This document shows positions 49,509-62,737 of a stretch of DNA of 64,000 nt, piece by piece (the stretch's first letter is position 1; each line of letters starts with the position of its first letter). A model generated the notes under the pieces. The model searched no databases, was not told the origin of the DNA, and saw nothing but the letters and a program-made list of their open reading frames with translations. Origin of the DNA: Scyliorhinus canicula (taxonomy: Eukaryota); the NCBI RefSeq assembly GCF_902713615.1, contig NC_052170.1, forward strand, positions 2,604,001 to 2,668,000, in the 5' to 3' direction. The position numbers were made by a program, and so were the translations under genes.

Positions 49509-50125
49509 GTTACCCTCCTGTAACACAGCCCCGTTACCCTCCTGTAACACAGTCCAGTTACCCTCCTGTAACACAGCCCCGTTACCCTCCTGTAACACAG
49601 CCCAGTTACCCTCCTGTAACACAGCCCCGTTACCCTCCTGTAACACAGTCCCGTTACCCTCCTGTAACACAGCCCCGTTACCCTCCTGTAACACAGCCCA
49701 GTTACCCTCCTGTAACACAGTCCAGTTACCCTCCTGTAACACAGCCCAGTTACCCTCCTGTAACACAGCCCAGTTACCCTCCTGTAACACAGCCCTCCTG
49801 TAACACAGCCCCGTTACCCTCCTGTAACACAGTCCTGTTACCCTCCTGTAACACAGCCCCGTTACCCTCCTGTAACACAGCCCCGTTACCCTCCTGTAAC
49901 ACAGTCCCGTTACCCTCCTGTAACACAGTCCAGTTACCCTCCTGTAACACAGCCCAGTTACCCTCCTGTAACACAGCCCCGTTACCCTCCTGTAACACAG
50001 TCCCGTTACCCTCCTGTAACACAGCCCCGTTACCCTCCTGTAACACAGCCCAGTTACCCTCCTGTAACACAGGCCCGTTACCCTCCTGTAACACAGCCCC
50101 GTTCCCCTCCTGTAACACAGCCCAT
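49509..50125. repeat. Minisatellite, 24-bp unit GTTACCCTCCTGTAACACAGCCCC
   Basis: About 25 copies; each unit has a GTTAC/GTAAC inverted pair. Confidence 0.94.
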
Positions 50126-50766
50126 TACAGCAGAGACCTCGCAGGGAACCCCAGAGGAGCCAGTGGGAAAGCTGAACTCTGGCCTCTGAGTTCCTGCTGG
50201 GTCCGCATCCAGGTTCAGTGAACCTCTCCCCATTGCATCCGGCAGCCAGAGCCCAGCCAGGCACAAGCCCGTCCTTCTGAAGGCATGGACAATAAATGCT
50301 GGCCGAGCCAACCAGACCCACATCCCATGAATGAATTAAAAGAATGTGAATTACGGGGCTTTATCACGGAAATAACCCAGAGCATGGTCTGCTGGATGGA
50401 AATAAGTGGAAGAAATGGTTTGTCTTGTGTGTGTTGCACAGCAAAGAAAATGGAAAGACTCCCTGCAAGCCATCACCTACTGTGCAACACTGTGAACCTT
50501 CAGCTATCTGTTACTCTCACTCCCCCACCACTATCTGTTGTGTGTTCACATCTCTCCCCCCGCACCACCTGTTGGCTTATCTAATGTGTTCCCCACAGCC
50601 ACAGTTCCTTATATAACAAACTCTTAACGTGTTCCTAATGAATCTTACCCTGTCCGTCTGTGTGCCCTATGTATTTCTAACAGCAATTGCCGTGTGGTTG
50701 GTTCCACGGCGCAGTGATAGTCAGATGTGCTGTTTCCCCTGTTCTCACAGTTTACTCTATTCCTAG

Positions 50767-50848
50767 ACTATTGAATCCTTGAATCAAACAGTGAGCCTCC
50801 TGGCAAAGGAGCGAAGCCACCATCAGCAGCAGATCCGACTACTGGAGG
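50767..50848 (+). CDS. CCDC159: CCDC159 coding exon 4 (TIESLNQTVSLLAKERSHHQQQIRLLE)
   Basis: Acceptor tcctag|, donor GG|GTATGT. Aligns with human AFEFLNHSVTMLEKESCLQQIKIQQLE. Confidence 0.9.
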
Positions 50849-51310
50849 GTATGTGGGACAGGGAAATGGATGTTGGCCAGGCAGGTGGGACAGTGAGGGT
50901 TGAGGGTGGACAGTTGTGAATCTCGGTTATATGAGGTTCCAGTGGATCAGCAGTTCGAGGCATCAGTAATTATGGTATGAACCATCCAGGCCAAGATCGA
51001 GCACATTAGGGGAGCCAACAGGTGGCCCCAATATTTATGATCTTAACGATAGGGCAAATATCTACTAAAATCTGGAAGGACCCCGTTCAGGTTGTGGGGG
51101 TGCAGGGTGGGGGGGGGGGGGGGGGGGAGAGGGTGGCCCGGGGGGGGGGGGGGGGGGGGGGGAGTGGAAGATAGTGGCGATAGTGCTGTGGGATTGTCCA
51201 TTGTTAAAAAGCCACCCGTACTCAGTGTCCCAACTCACGCTTAAAGCTTATGTGTGGCGACGACAGCGAACTCCCACAAACAGAAATAAGATCATTGACT
51301 GGATAACCTG

Positions 51311-52534
51311 GGCCGGGACCCTCCGAGCCGAAATCGTGCTCGGCGCAGGGGCGGAGACCGGGGCGTCAGACCCGCAATTGGGTTCGACGCCAGGATGCGA
51401 ACCTCCAGCGACTAGAGAATCGGCGACAGTCACCTGCACGCAGTTGACGCTGCGCCAGTCGGGGTCGTTGAAAGAGGCCCCCGTGGCGATTCTCCGCGGT
51501 CGACTGGCTGAGTTCCCGCCGGCGTGGTTCACGTATGGTTCCACCTGGCTGGATCTCGGCGTCGGGGCTGCGGTGGGCGCCTGGTGGGGGCGGTAGGATC
51601 AGTCACCGGGCGGGGGGCCTCCGCGATGGCCAGGCCCACGATCGGGGGCTACCGATCAGCAGCCGCTCGCGATCTGGAGGGGGCCTACCTTCTTCTGTGT
51701 CGGCCCACTGTGTGGGTCCACCATGTTGCGCGGGCCGACGGGGAAGCGCGGACCCACGGACGGCAGTGCAGGGCCGCGTAGGGCAGTGCAGGGCCGCGTA
51801 CGGCAGTGCAGGGGCGCGTACGGCAGTGCAGGGCCGCATACGGCAGTGCAGGGCCGCGTATGGCAGTGCAGGGCCGCGTATGGCAGTGCAGGGCCGCGTA
51901 TGGCAGTGCAGGGCCGCGTATGGCAGTGCAGGGCCGCGTATGGCAGTGCAGGGCCGCGTACGGCAGAGCAGGGCCGCGTACGGCAGTGCAGGGCTGCGTA
52001 CGGCAGTGCAGGGGCGCGTACGGCAGTGCAGGGCTGCGTATGGCAGTGCAGGGCCGCGTACGGCAGTGCAGGGCCGCGTACGGCAGTGCAGGGCAGCGTA
52101 CGGCAGTGCAGGGCCGCGTACGGCAGTGCAGGGTCGCGTACGGCAGTGCAGGGCCGCGTACGGCAGTGCAGGGCCGCGTACGGCAGTGCAGGGCCGCGTA
52201 CGGCAGTGCAGGGCCGCGTACGGCAGTGCAGGGCCGCGTACGGCAGTGCAGGGCCGCGTATGGCAGTGCAGGGCCGCGTATGGCAGTGCAGGGCCACGTA
52301 CGGCAGTGCAGGGCTGCGTACGGCAGTGCAGGGCCGCGTATGGCAGTGCAGGGCTGCGTACGACAGTGCAGGGCCGCGTACGGCAGCCGGAGCTGCGTGG
52401 AGCACTGCGGTGCCATGCTGGCCCCCTGTGGGCCGTGGAATCGCTGGGCCAAGGGGCCCTTGGATGCCGGCGTGAAACATTCCAGTGTTTACACTGGTGT
52501 TAACACCGAGCCTCCGTTTTGAAGAATCCCAGCC
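51311..52534. mobile_element. GC/CpG-rich MITE-like element containing a 20-bp minisatellite
   Basis: Left end GGCCGGGACCCTCC and right end GAAGAATCCCAGCC are imperfect inverted termini; CpG-rich interior. Confidence 0.5.
51757..52386. repeat. Minisatellite, 20-bp unit CGGCAGTGCAGGGCCGCGTA
   Basis: About 31 copies, exact 20-bp period. Confidence 0.95.
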
Positions 52535-52596
52535 AGAAGGTCCGAATGTTCAGCACTCCCTCAGTGTGGCATGAGAGTCTATTTATTAATTTTGTT

Positions 52597-52822
52597 CTGC
52601 TAACCTCACTAGATGTTTTTTTTTTAAATTTAGATTACCCAATTCATTTTCTCCAATTAAGGGGCAATTTAATGTGGCCAATTGACCTACCCTGCACATC
52701 TTTGGGTTGTGGGGGTGAAACCCACGCAGACACGGGGAGAATGTGCAAACTCCACACGGACAGTGAACCAGATCCGGGATCGAACCTGGGACCTCAGCGC
52801 CGTGAGGCAGCAGGGCTAACCC
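52597..52822 (-). mobile_element. Short V-SINE with 16-bp TSD AACCTCACTAGATGTT
   Basis: TSD on both flanks. Confidence 0.88.
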
Positions 52823-53407
52823 AACCTCACTAGATGTTAACCCATCCCCCATCCTCCCGGACCTCAGGCAAGGGGCCTGATGGTGTCCGTATACTATTCA
52901 ATCGTGAAGAGAAATTATAACTGTTGCAATTCTGCTCACGCATGAGGGCTTTCCAATTGTATCTCGGCTCGTATTGACTGAGAACAGTGAACCCAATCCA
53001 GAATGGTACAGTTTGTTTATTTATTTTCGCTTCTGAATCCTCGATTTTCTTCATAGCATCCTCCAATCTGAGGGCAACCCGCTAACCTGCTCCCACACCC
53101 AATACTGCTGTCAGGCCCTCAGATCCTCCCAACAGAGGGAAAACCTCGTTTCCGATTCTCTCCTCGGTTTCTCATCATCGCCTCCCCCATGGCTGAGATT
53201 GGAAACTCAGTGTGAGCTAAAGCGAGTGATTGTATCCGTGCCCCATTGCCAGAATGCAGCCCAGTTTGTGATCTGACTCACAATGCCACCTCTATGAGAT
53301 GGTGGGCCCACACATCCCCGACTGACACCTGGCAGATTAGTACGACAGCAGGCAAGACGGAATGGCCCGCTTTGATCACACTGCTAAACTCTTTATGTCT
53401 TACGCAG

Positions 53408-53612
53408 CGGAAGTGAGGAGACTGAGCATGAGCAGCAATATAGAAGAGGACAGGATTAATTTAATGATAGACAGAAAGATTGAAGACTGGAAGAAGGAAC
53501 TGTCGTCCAACCAGACCAAAACCCAAGAACCAGTCCAGCAAACAGAAAACCAAGTGCAGACAACAGAGAGTAACAGCCATGCCGAGGAACTTGCTGCAGA
53601 AATACATGAGAG
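53408..53612 (+). CDS. CCDC159: CCDC159 coding exon 5 (AEVRRLSMSS...EELAAEIHE)
   Basis: Acceptor tacgcag|, donor AG|GTAATC, phases 1 to 2, coiled-coil composition. Ends like human LLAQEIRD. Confidence 0.88.
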
Positions 53613-53867
53613 GTAATCAGAGCAAAGAGAGAGAAACTGAAGGTTTCTATTACCAAAAAATGTATTTAAAACTTAACAAGGCTCAGTGAGATCTGCTCAC
53701 AGAGACCAATCCCCATGAGGCACAGGTGATCAGAGATGGGTCAGGAAGATTTCAATTCTTTATCAATATCAGATATTCCGATACAATTTGGTTGTCAATG
53801 TCCCCCCGTGTCACGAAACCTCCCATCGCTCATTGTCACAGAGCCTCTGGTGTTTGTGGAGCCGTAT

Positions 53868-54221
53868 CATAGAACATAGAACATAGAACAGTACAGCACA
53901 GAACAGGCCCTTCGGCCCTCGATGTTGTGCTGAGCAATGATCACCCTACTCAAACCCACGTATCCACCCTATACCCGTAACCCAACAACCCCCCCCTTAA
54001 CCTTACTTTTATTAGGACACTACGGGCAATTTATCATGGCCAATCCACCTAACCCGCACATCTTTGGACTGTGGGAGGAAACCGGAGCACCCGGAGGAAA
54101 CCCACGCAGACACGGGGAGGACGTGCAGACTCCACACAGACAGTGACCCAGCCGGGAATCGAACCTGGGACCCTGGAGCTGTGAAGCATTTATGCTAACC
54201 ACCATGCTACCGTGCTGCCCT
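53868..54221 (-). mobile_element. Long V-SINE with alternative CR1 tail (...CTGTACTGTTCTATGTTCTATG)
   Basis: Reverse complement matches 62738-62963. Confidence 0.85.
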
Positions 54222-54380
54222 AAAGGCTATCCCACCTCAACAACTCAGTGGCCATGGATTCCGACAGTCCTCTGGATGGAGCCACAATCCAATTCGCAGC
54301 GTGGTTTGATGAAACGCAAACCGAGATTAATGCAAAGTTCTGGACACCCTCTGAGGACCAGCACCGCTGATTCCGTCTCC

Positions 54381-54727
54381 GGCAGCACAGCGGTTAGCAC
54401 AGTTGCTTCAACAGCTGCAGGGTCCCAGGTTCGATTCCCGGCTTGGGTCACTGTCTGTGCGGAGTCTGCACGTTCTCCCCGTGTCTGCGTGGGTTTCCTC
54501 CGGGTGCTCCGGTTTCCTCCCACAAAGATTCCTCCAAAGATGTGCGGGTTAGGTGGATTGGCCATGCTAAATTGCCTTTAGAGTCCAAAATTGCCCTGAG
54601 TGTTGGGTGGGGTTACTGGGTTATGGGGATAGGGTGGAGATGCTGACTTTGGGTAGGGTGCTTTTTCCAAGAGCCAGTGCAGACTCAATGGGCCGAATGG
54701 CCTCCTTCTGCACTGTAAATTCTATGA
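54381..54727 (+). mobile_element. Long V-SINE with CR1-type tail
   Basis: Matches family consensus. Confidence 0.85.
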
Positions 54728-55210
54728 AGCTCTATAATACCTGATGACGAGGCAAAAAAAGAGCAAAGTTAGAAAGTTATTAATGGCACTGTTGAATATT
54801 TTTTCCAGGAACGTGAGGGGAGGAAGTCAGTGTTCCTTACAGTAAGGGTTCAGCACGTAATGTAGATGGGAAATTGCATGACAGAAAAATGATCAAGGAT
54901 TCTGGATTGCGTGCATTTGATGGCTGAATGGCCTCCTGTTGTTCTGGATTTTAAGTTCTTCAACTGCAATAAACTTCAAATGCTGCTGATCGATAACACA
55001 GATTCGGGCAAAGGATGGGGAAGGTTTTATAGCCATTAACAATGGATGTGCCCATGATCTGAGATAAAATTCTCATAGACCAGAGTGATATCTGGATGAT
55101 GTGGGTCCAAGTGGGGAGAGTTTCTATTTCACACGTTGTAAAGAAATGTAATATTTCCCTGATATTGTCCAAATTCAGGCATTTAACTAAATTATTTTTG
55201 TTCCTAACAG

Positions 55211-55278
55211 TAAAAAGTTTTTATGGGAAGAATGTGAATCACTGAGGAAGGAAATAGAGCAAATTAACCGAAAGCTAA
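55211..55278 (+). CDS. CCDC159: CCDC159 coding exon 6 (SKKFLWEECESLRKEIEQINRKL)
   Basis: Acceptor cctaacag|, donor AA|GTCAGT. The SKKFLWEE motif is identical to human CCDC159. Confidence 0.93.
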
Positions 55279-55360
55279 GTCAGTACTCTTTACCCACTCC
55301 TATTGTGATGTGTACCGCACGGTAAAATTGACGAATCGCGGCTGGGGGTGAGGTACCAGA

Positions 55361-58300
55361 AGGTTAATGATACGCTGGAGTTTATCAGGTTAATGATACA
55401 CTGGAGTTTATCAGGTTAATGATACACTGGAGTTTATCAGCAGGTTAATGATACACTGGGGTTTATCAGCAGGTTAATGATACACTGGGGTTTATCAGGT
55501 TAATGATACACTGGAGTTTATCAGCAGGTTAATGATACACTGGGGTTTATCAGCAGGTTAATGATACACTGGAGTTTATCAACAGGTTAATGATACACTG
55601 GAGTTTATCAACAGGTTAATGATACACTGGAGTTTATCAGGTTAATGATACGCTGGAGTTTATCAGCACGTTAATGATACGCTGGAGTTTATCAACAGGT
55701 TAATGATACACTGGAGTTTATCAACAGGTTAATGATACACTGGAGTTTATCAGGTTAATGATACGCTGGAGTTTATCAACAGGTTAATGATACACTGGAG
55801 TTTATCAGGTTAATGATACACTGGAGTTTATCAACAGGTTAATGATACACTGGAGTTTATCAGCAGGTTAATGATACACTGGAGTTTATCAGGTTAATGA
55901 TACGCTGGAGTTTATCAACAGGTTAATGATACACTGGAGTTTATCAGCAGGGTAATGATACACTGGAGTTTATCAACAGGTTAATGATACACTGGAGTTT
56001 ATCAGCAGGTTAATGATACACTGGAGTTTATCAACAGGTTAATGATACACTGGAGTTTATCAGGTTAATGATACACTGGGGTTTATCAACAGGTTAATGA
56101 TACACTGGAGTTATCAGGTTAATGATACACTGGAGTTTATCAGCAGGTTAATGATACACTGGAGTTTATCAACAGGTTAATGATACACTGGAGTTTATCA
56201 ACAGGTTAATGATACACTGGAGTTTATCAGCAGGTTAATGATACACTGGAGTTTATCAACAGGTTAATGATACACTGGAGTTTATCAGGTTAATGATACA
56301 CTGGGGTTTATCAACAGGTTAATGATACACTGGAGTTATCAGGTTAATGATACACTGGAGTTTATCAGCAGGTTAATGATACACTGGGGTTTATCAGGTT
56401 AATGATACGCTGGAGTTTAACAACAGGTTAATGATACACTGGAGTTTATCAGCTGGTTAATGATACACTGGAGTTTATCAGCTGGTTAATGATACGCTGG
56501 AGTTTATCAGCAGATTAATGATACACTGGAGTTTATCAGCAGGTTAATGATACACTGGGGTTTATCAGGTTAATGATACGCTGGAGTTTATCAACAGGTT
56601 AATGATACACTGGAGTTTATCAGCTGGTTAATGATACACTGGAGTTTATCAGGTTAATGATACGCTGGAGTTTATCAGCAGGTTAATGATACGCTGGAGT
56701 TTATCAACAGGTTAATGATACACTGGAGTTTATCAACAGGTTAATGATACACTGGAGTTTATCAGCAGGTTAATGATACACTGGAGTTTATCAGGTTAAT
56801 GATACGCTGGAGTTTATCAGCAGGTTAATGATACGCTGGAGTTTATCAACAGGTTAATGATACACTGGAGTTTATCAACAGGTTAATGATACACTGGAGT
56901 TTATCAGCAGGTTAATGATACACTGGAATTTATCAGCTGGTTAATGATACACTGGAGTTTATCAACAGGTTAATGATACACTGGAGTTTATCAGCAGGTT
57001 AATGATACACTGGAGTTTATCAGGTTAATGATACGCTGGAGTTTATCAACAGGTTAATGATACACTGGAGTTTATCAGGTTAATGATACGCTGGAGTTTA
57101 TCAGCAGGTTAATGATACACTGGAGTTTATCAGGTTAATGATACGCTGGAGTTTATCAGCAGGTTAATGATACACTGGAGTTTATCAGGTTAATGATACA
57201 CTGGAGTTTATCAGGTTAATGACACGCTGGAGTTTATCAACAGGTTAATGATACACTGGAGTTTATCAGCAGGTTAATGATACACTGGAGTTTATCAGCT
57301 GGTTAATGATACGCTGGAGTTTATCAGGTTAATGATACACTGGAGTTTATCAGCAGGTTAATGATACACTGGAGTTTATCAGCAGGTTAATGATACACTG
57401 GAGTTTATCAACAGGTTAATGATACACTGGAGTTTATCAGGTTAATTATACACTGGGGTTTATCAACAGGTTAATGATACACTGGAGTTATCAGGTTAAT
57501 GATACACTGGAGTTTATCAGCAGGTTAATGATACACTGGGGTTTATCAGGTTAATGATACGCTGGAGTTTAACAACAGGTTAATGATACACTGGAGTTTA
57601 TCAGCTGGTTAATGATACACTGGAGTTTATCAGCTGGTTAATGATACGCTGGAGTTTATCAGCAGATTAATGATACACTGGAGTTTATCAACAGGTTAAT
57701 GATACACTGGAGTTTATCAGCTGGTTAATGATACGCTGGAGTTTATCAGCAGATTAATGATACACTGGAGTTTATCAGTAGGTTAATGATACACTGGGGT
57801 TTATCAGGTTAATGATACGCTGGAGTTTATCAGCTGGTTAATGATACACTGGAGTTTATCAGCAGGTTAATGATACACTGGGGTTTATCAGGTTAATGAT
57901 ACGCTGGAGTTTATCAACAGGTTAATGATACACTGGAGTTTATCAGCTGGTTAATGATACACTGGAGTTTATCAGCTGGTTAATGATACGCTGGAGTTTA
58001 TCAGCAGATTAATGATACACTGGAGTTTATCAGCAGATTAATGATACACTGGAGTTTATCAGCAGATTAATGATACGCTGGAGTTTATCAGCAGGGTAAT
58101 GATACACTGGAGTTTATCAACAGGTTAATGATACACTGGAGTTTATCAGCAGGTTAATGATACACTGGAGTTTATCAGGTTAATGATACGCTGGAGTTTA
58201 TCAATAGGTTAATGATACACTGGAGTTTATCAGCAGGTTAATGATACACTGGAGTTTATCAGCAGGTTAATGATACACAGGGGTTTATCAACAGGGTAAT

Positions 58301-59787
58301 GATACACTGGAGTTTATCAACAGGTTAATGATACACTGGGGTTTATCAGGTTAATGACACACTGGCGTTTATCAGGTTAATGATACGCTGGAGTTTATCA
58401 GTAGGTTAATGATACACTGAAGTTTATTAGGTTAATGATACGCTGGAGTTTATCAGCAGGTTAATGATACACTGGGGTTTATCAGCAGGTTAATGATACA
58501 CTGGGGTTTATCAGGTTAATGATACGCTGGAGTTTATCAGCAGGTTAATGATACACTGGGGTTTATCAGCAGGTTAATGATACACTGGGGTTTATCAGGT
58601 TAATGATACGCTGGAGTTTATCAGCAGGTTAATGATACACTGGGGTTTATCAGCAGGTTAATGATACACTGGGGTTTATCAGCAGGTTAATGATACACTG
58701 GAGTTTATCAGGTTAATGACACACTGGAGTTTATCAACAGTTTAATGATACACTGGAGTTTATCAGCAGGTTAATGATACACTGGGGTTTATCAGGTTAA
58801 TGACACACTGGCGTTTATCAGGTTAATGATACGCTGGAGTTTATCAGGTTAATGATACGCTGGGGTTTATCAGCAGGTTAATGATACACTGGGGTTTATC
58901 AGCAGGTTAATGATACACTGGAGTTTATCAGGTTAATGATACACTGGAGTTTATCAGGTTAATGATACGCTGGAGTTTATCAACAGGTTAATGATACACT
59001 GGGGTTTATCAGCAGGTTAATGATACGCTGGAGTTTATCAACAGGTTAATGATACACTGGAGTTTATCAACAGGTTAATGATACACTGGAGATTATCAGG
59101 TTAATGATACACTGGAGTTTATCAACAGGTTAATGATACACTGGAGTTTATCAGGTTAATGATACGCTGGAGTTTATCAGGTTAATGATACACTGGAGTT
59201 TATCAGCAGGTTAATGATACACTGGAGTTTATCAGGTTAATGATAGGCTGGAGTTTATCAGGTTAATGATACACTGGGGTTTATCAACAGGTTAATGATA
59301 CACTGGAGTTTATCAACAGGTTAATGATACGCTGGAGTTTATCAACAGGTTAATGATACACTGGGGTTTATTATGTTAATGATACGCTGGAGTTTATCAG
59401 GTTAATGATACACTGGAGTTTATCAGGTTAATGATACACTGGAGTTTATCAGCAGGTTAATGATACACTGGGGTTTATTATGTTAATGATACGCTGGAGT
59501 TTATCAGGTTAATGATACACTGGAGTTTATCAGCAGGTTAATGATACACTGGAGTTTATCAGGTTAATGATACACTGGAGTTTATCAGCAGGTTAATGAT
59601 ACACTGGGGTTTATCAGGTTAATGATACACTGGGGTTTATCAGCTGGTTAATGATACGCTGGAGTTTATCAGCTGGTTAATGATACACTGGAGTTTATCA
59701 GCTGGTTAATGATACACTGGAGTTTATCAGCAGGTTAATGATACACTGGAGTTTATCAGCTGGTTAATGTCACACTGGTGTTTTATA
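55361..59787. repeat. 4.4-kb minisatellite, 25/29-bp units GGTTAATGATACACTGGAGTTTATCA(GCA/ACA)
   Basis: Tandem periodicity with two length variants. Confidence 0.96.
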
Positions 59788-60152
59788 ATAATAATCTTTA
59801 CTGTCACAAGTAGATTTGCATTGCAATGAAGTTACTGTGAAAAGCTCCAAGTTTGCACATTCTTCCCCGTGTATGTGTGGGTCTCACTCCCACAACCCAA
59901 TTGATGTGTAGGTTAGGGGAATTGGCCGTGCTAAATTTCCCCTTAATTGGGAAAAAAAAAGAATTGAATACTCTAAATTTAGTTTTTTTTTAACTTTAAG
60001 AAGAAAAATAAACAGCAACACTGCTTCCTCAGTCGGTGTGGACTGAGGCAGACAGATGTGGGGAGTGGGGGTGTCCTGTGCAGCCAGGGTGGAACATTCC
60101 TCCTGCTGGGTGCAGCATCTCTGGGCTAGAGAGGATGAAGGGAACACCATAT

Positions 60153-60990
60153 CCAGCCCCACTCCCTCCCAAATCACAGCCCCACTCCCAAATCACAGCC
60201 CCACTCCCCAATCACAGCCCCACTCCCACCCAAATCACAGCCCCACTCCCAAATCACAGCCCCACTCCCAAATCACAGCCCCACTCCCAAATCACAGCCC
60301 CACTCCCAAATCACAGCCCCACTCCCAAATCACAGCCCACTCCCCAATCACAGCCCCACTCCCTCCCAAATCACAGCCCCACTCCCAAATCACAGCCCCA
60401 CTCCCAAATCACAGCCCCACTGCCAAATCACAGCCCCACTGCCAAATCACAGCCCCACTCCCAAATCACAGCCCACTCCCCAATCACAGCCCCACTCCCT
60501 CCCAAATCACAGCCCCACTCCCAAATCACAGCCCCACTCCCAAATCACAGCCCCACTGCCAAATCACAGCCCCACTCCCAAATCACAGCCCCACTCCCAA
60601 ATCACAGCCCCACTCCCAAATCACAGCCCCACTCCCAAATCACAGCCCCACTCCCAAATCACAGCCCCACTTCCAAATCACAGCCCCACTTCCAAATCAC
60701 AGCCCCACTGCCAAATCACAGCCCCACTGCCAAATCACAGCCCCACTCCCAAATCACAGCCCCACTGCCAAATCACAGCCCCACTGCCAAATCACAGCCC
60801 CACTGCCAAATCACAGCCCCACTCCCAAATCACAGCCCCACTGCCAAATCACAGCCCCACTGCCAAATCACAGCCCCACTGCCAAATCACAGCCCCACTG
60901 CCAAATCACAGCCCCACTCCCAAATCACAGCCCCACTGCCAAATCACAGCCCCACTGCCAAATCACAGCCCCACTCCCTCCAAAATCACA
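60153..60990. repeat. Minisatellite, 19-bp unit CACAGCCCCACT(C/G)CCAAAT
   Basis: About 43 copies. Confidence 0.95.
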
Positions 60991-61041
60991 TAGCACTCGT
61001 GGGGGCTGAACACGGACAGAGATTGGTTTGGTTTTGATCAA

Positions 61042-61368
61042 CCATAGAATCCCTACCGTGCAGAAGGAGGCCATTCGGCCCATCGAGTCTAAAGTGACCC
61101 TCTGAAAGAGCACCCGACCTAGGCCCTCTCCCCTGCTCTATCCCTGTAACCCATACCACACCTAACCATTGGACACCAAGGGGCAATTTAGCATGTCCAA
61201 TCCACTCAACCTGCACAGCTTTGGACTGTGGAAGGAAACCGGAGCACCCGGAGGGAACCCACACAGACACGAGGAGGTAGTGCAAACTCCACACAGTCGT
61301 GCAAGGTTGGGATCGAACCCGGGTTCCTAGCTCTGTTAGTCTGCAGTGCTACCCACTGTGCCATCATG
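61042..61368 (-). mobile_element. Long V-SINE
   Basis: Reverse-complement consensus with CR1-type tail. Confidence 0.8.
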
Positions 61369-61540
61369 CTGATATTCCCCTTTGTCCTGATCACTGCTTG
61401 AAATGTGTCCTCTGGAAACTATCGGTGTATTCAGCAGGGAGAGGGGAAATTTACACAAGGACATTAGGAATTAGTCCCTTCACCACAGGGCCTCGAGTTT
61501 AAATGCAGTCTGAAGTTTTCATGAAGTTTGCCGTGTCTGA

Positions 61541-61760
61541 CAGCAGGGTGACACAGTGGTTAGCCCTGCTGCCTCACAGCTCCGAGGTCCCAGGTTCGAT
61601 CCCGGCCCCAGGTCACTGTCCGTGTGGAGTTTGCACATTCTCCCCGTGTCTGCGTGGGTCTCACCCAAAGATGTGCAGGATAGGCTGATAGGCCTCTTAA
61701 TTGGACAAAAAAGAATTGTCTAAATTTAACAAACAAAAAATAAATAAAAATAAATTTTAA
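61541..61760 (+). mobile_element. Short V-SINE
   Basis: Head, deleted V-domain, A-rich tail. Confidence 0.8.
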
Positions 61761-61893
61761 AAGAAGTAAAGGCCAGGACAAAAATAAAGCAAATCAGCTC
61801 TGGTTTACCCTCCCACAGGGGATTATGGGTGACCCAAGTTAACCGAGAGAGATTGAAAAGACACTCACGTCTCTCTCACCTTTTCGATTGCAG

Positions 61894-61970
61894 CTATTCA
61901 AGAGGATGATCTGTTGAGCAGTTTGACAGATTGCAAGATACTCAGACAAAACCAAAAGAAATATAATCAG
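61894..61970 (+). CDS. CCDC159: CCDC159 coding exon 7 (TIQEDDLLSSLTDCKILRQNQKKYNQ)
   Basis: Acceptor ttgcag|, donor CAG|GTACAG. Aligns with human QAQEDEISENLVNIQKMQKTQ. Confidence 0.9.
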
Positions 61971-62737
61971 GTACAGCAGCAAGATAATCACGCACTGTGC
62001 TCTTCATTGTTTTTTTTAAAAAAGTTACTTGCAATCTGGTTGCCTAGCAACTACTGTACCAACTTTCTAACTGACCAAATCAAATAGTTACTGCTAAAAC
62101 CCACTTACTGCAGTTCGACAAAATAAACTATTTTGTCTTTAGCTGATTTTAACATCGATTTTTCTCCAGGTCCTTCTTGTCCAATCCCTGGTCAAACACT
62201 GGAGCTGTAGTATAGCCATATCCCAGATCTCATCCTGCTGGCTTCATAGGAGCTTCCATCAGGAAGATGCGTAACCCTGAGTTCTAGACCCACCAGTACT
62301 TTCTATCATGGATTAAACTATTCATTTGCCACCATGAATCTCTCTTTATCCATCTCCTTGGCTCAATTCAATACCTGGCTTAGTCCATCCATTAATTCTC
62401 CATTATCACTGGGAATGTTAACCCAGGAAGAACCCCCATGTGTTTCTGTGAATTGGGAATCAGGGTTACACACACAGGACAGTACTTGCCAGGAAACACC
62501 AATGCACGGTGTGGTTTATACTCTTTTTTTAGGCTAAACAATTAAACAGTGCAGTTTATAATGAGCCATTTTAGTCAAGAATTCAAACCAAGGGGTCTAA
62601 TTGACCAGGATCAAACGCTCTACAGCTGAGCTGCCAATTCTCTTTGAATGCAAGTCTGAGGCAAGTCTCCCTGAGGTACTAGGATCTCTGAATGCATGTC
62701 CTGCTGAAAACACCAGGCACTAAATTGGACCATTTCA

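Noticed and set aside
55361-59787. CRISPR-like appearance of 25-29-bp repeats (also 36680-37380)
   Set aside because: No unique spacers, no cas genes, vertebrate intron.
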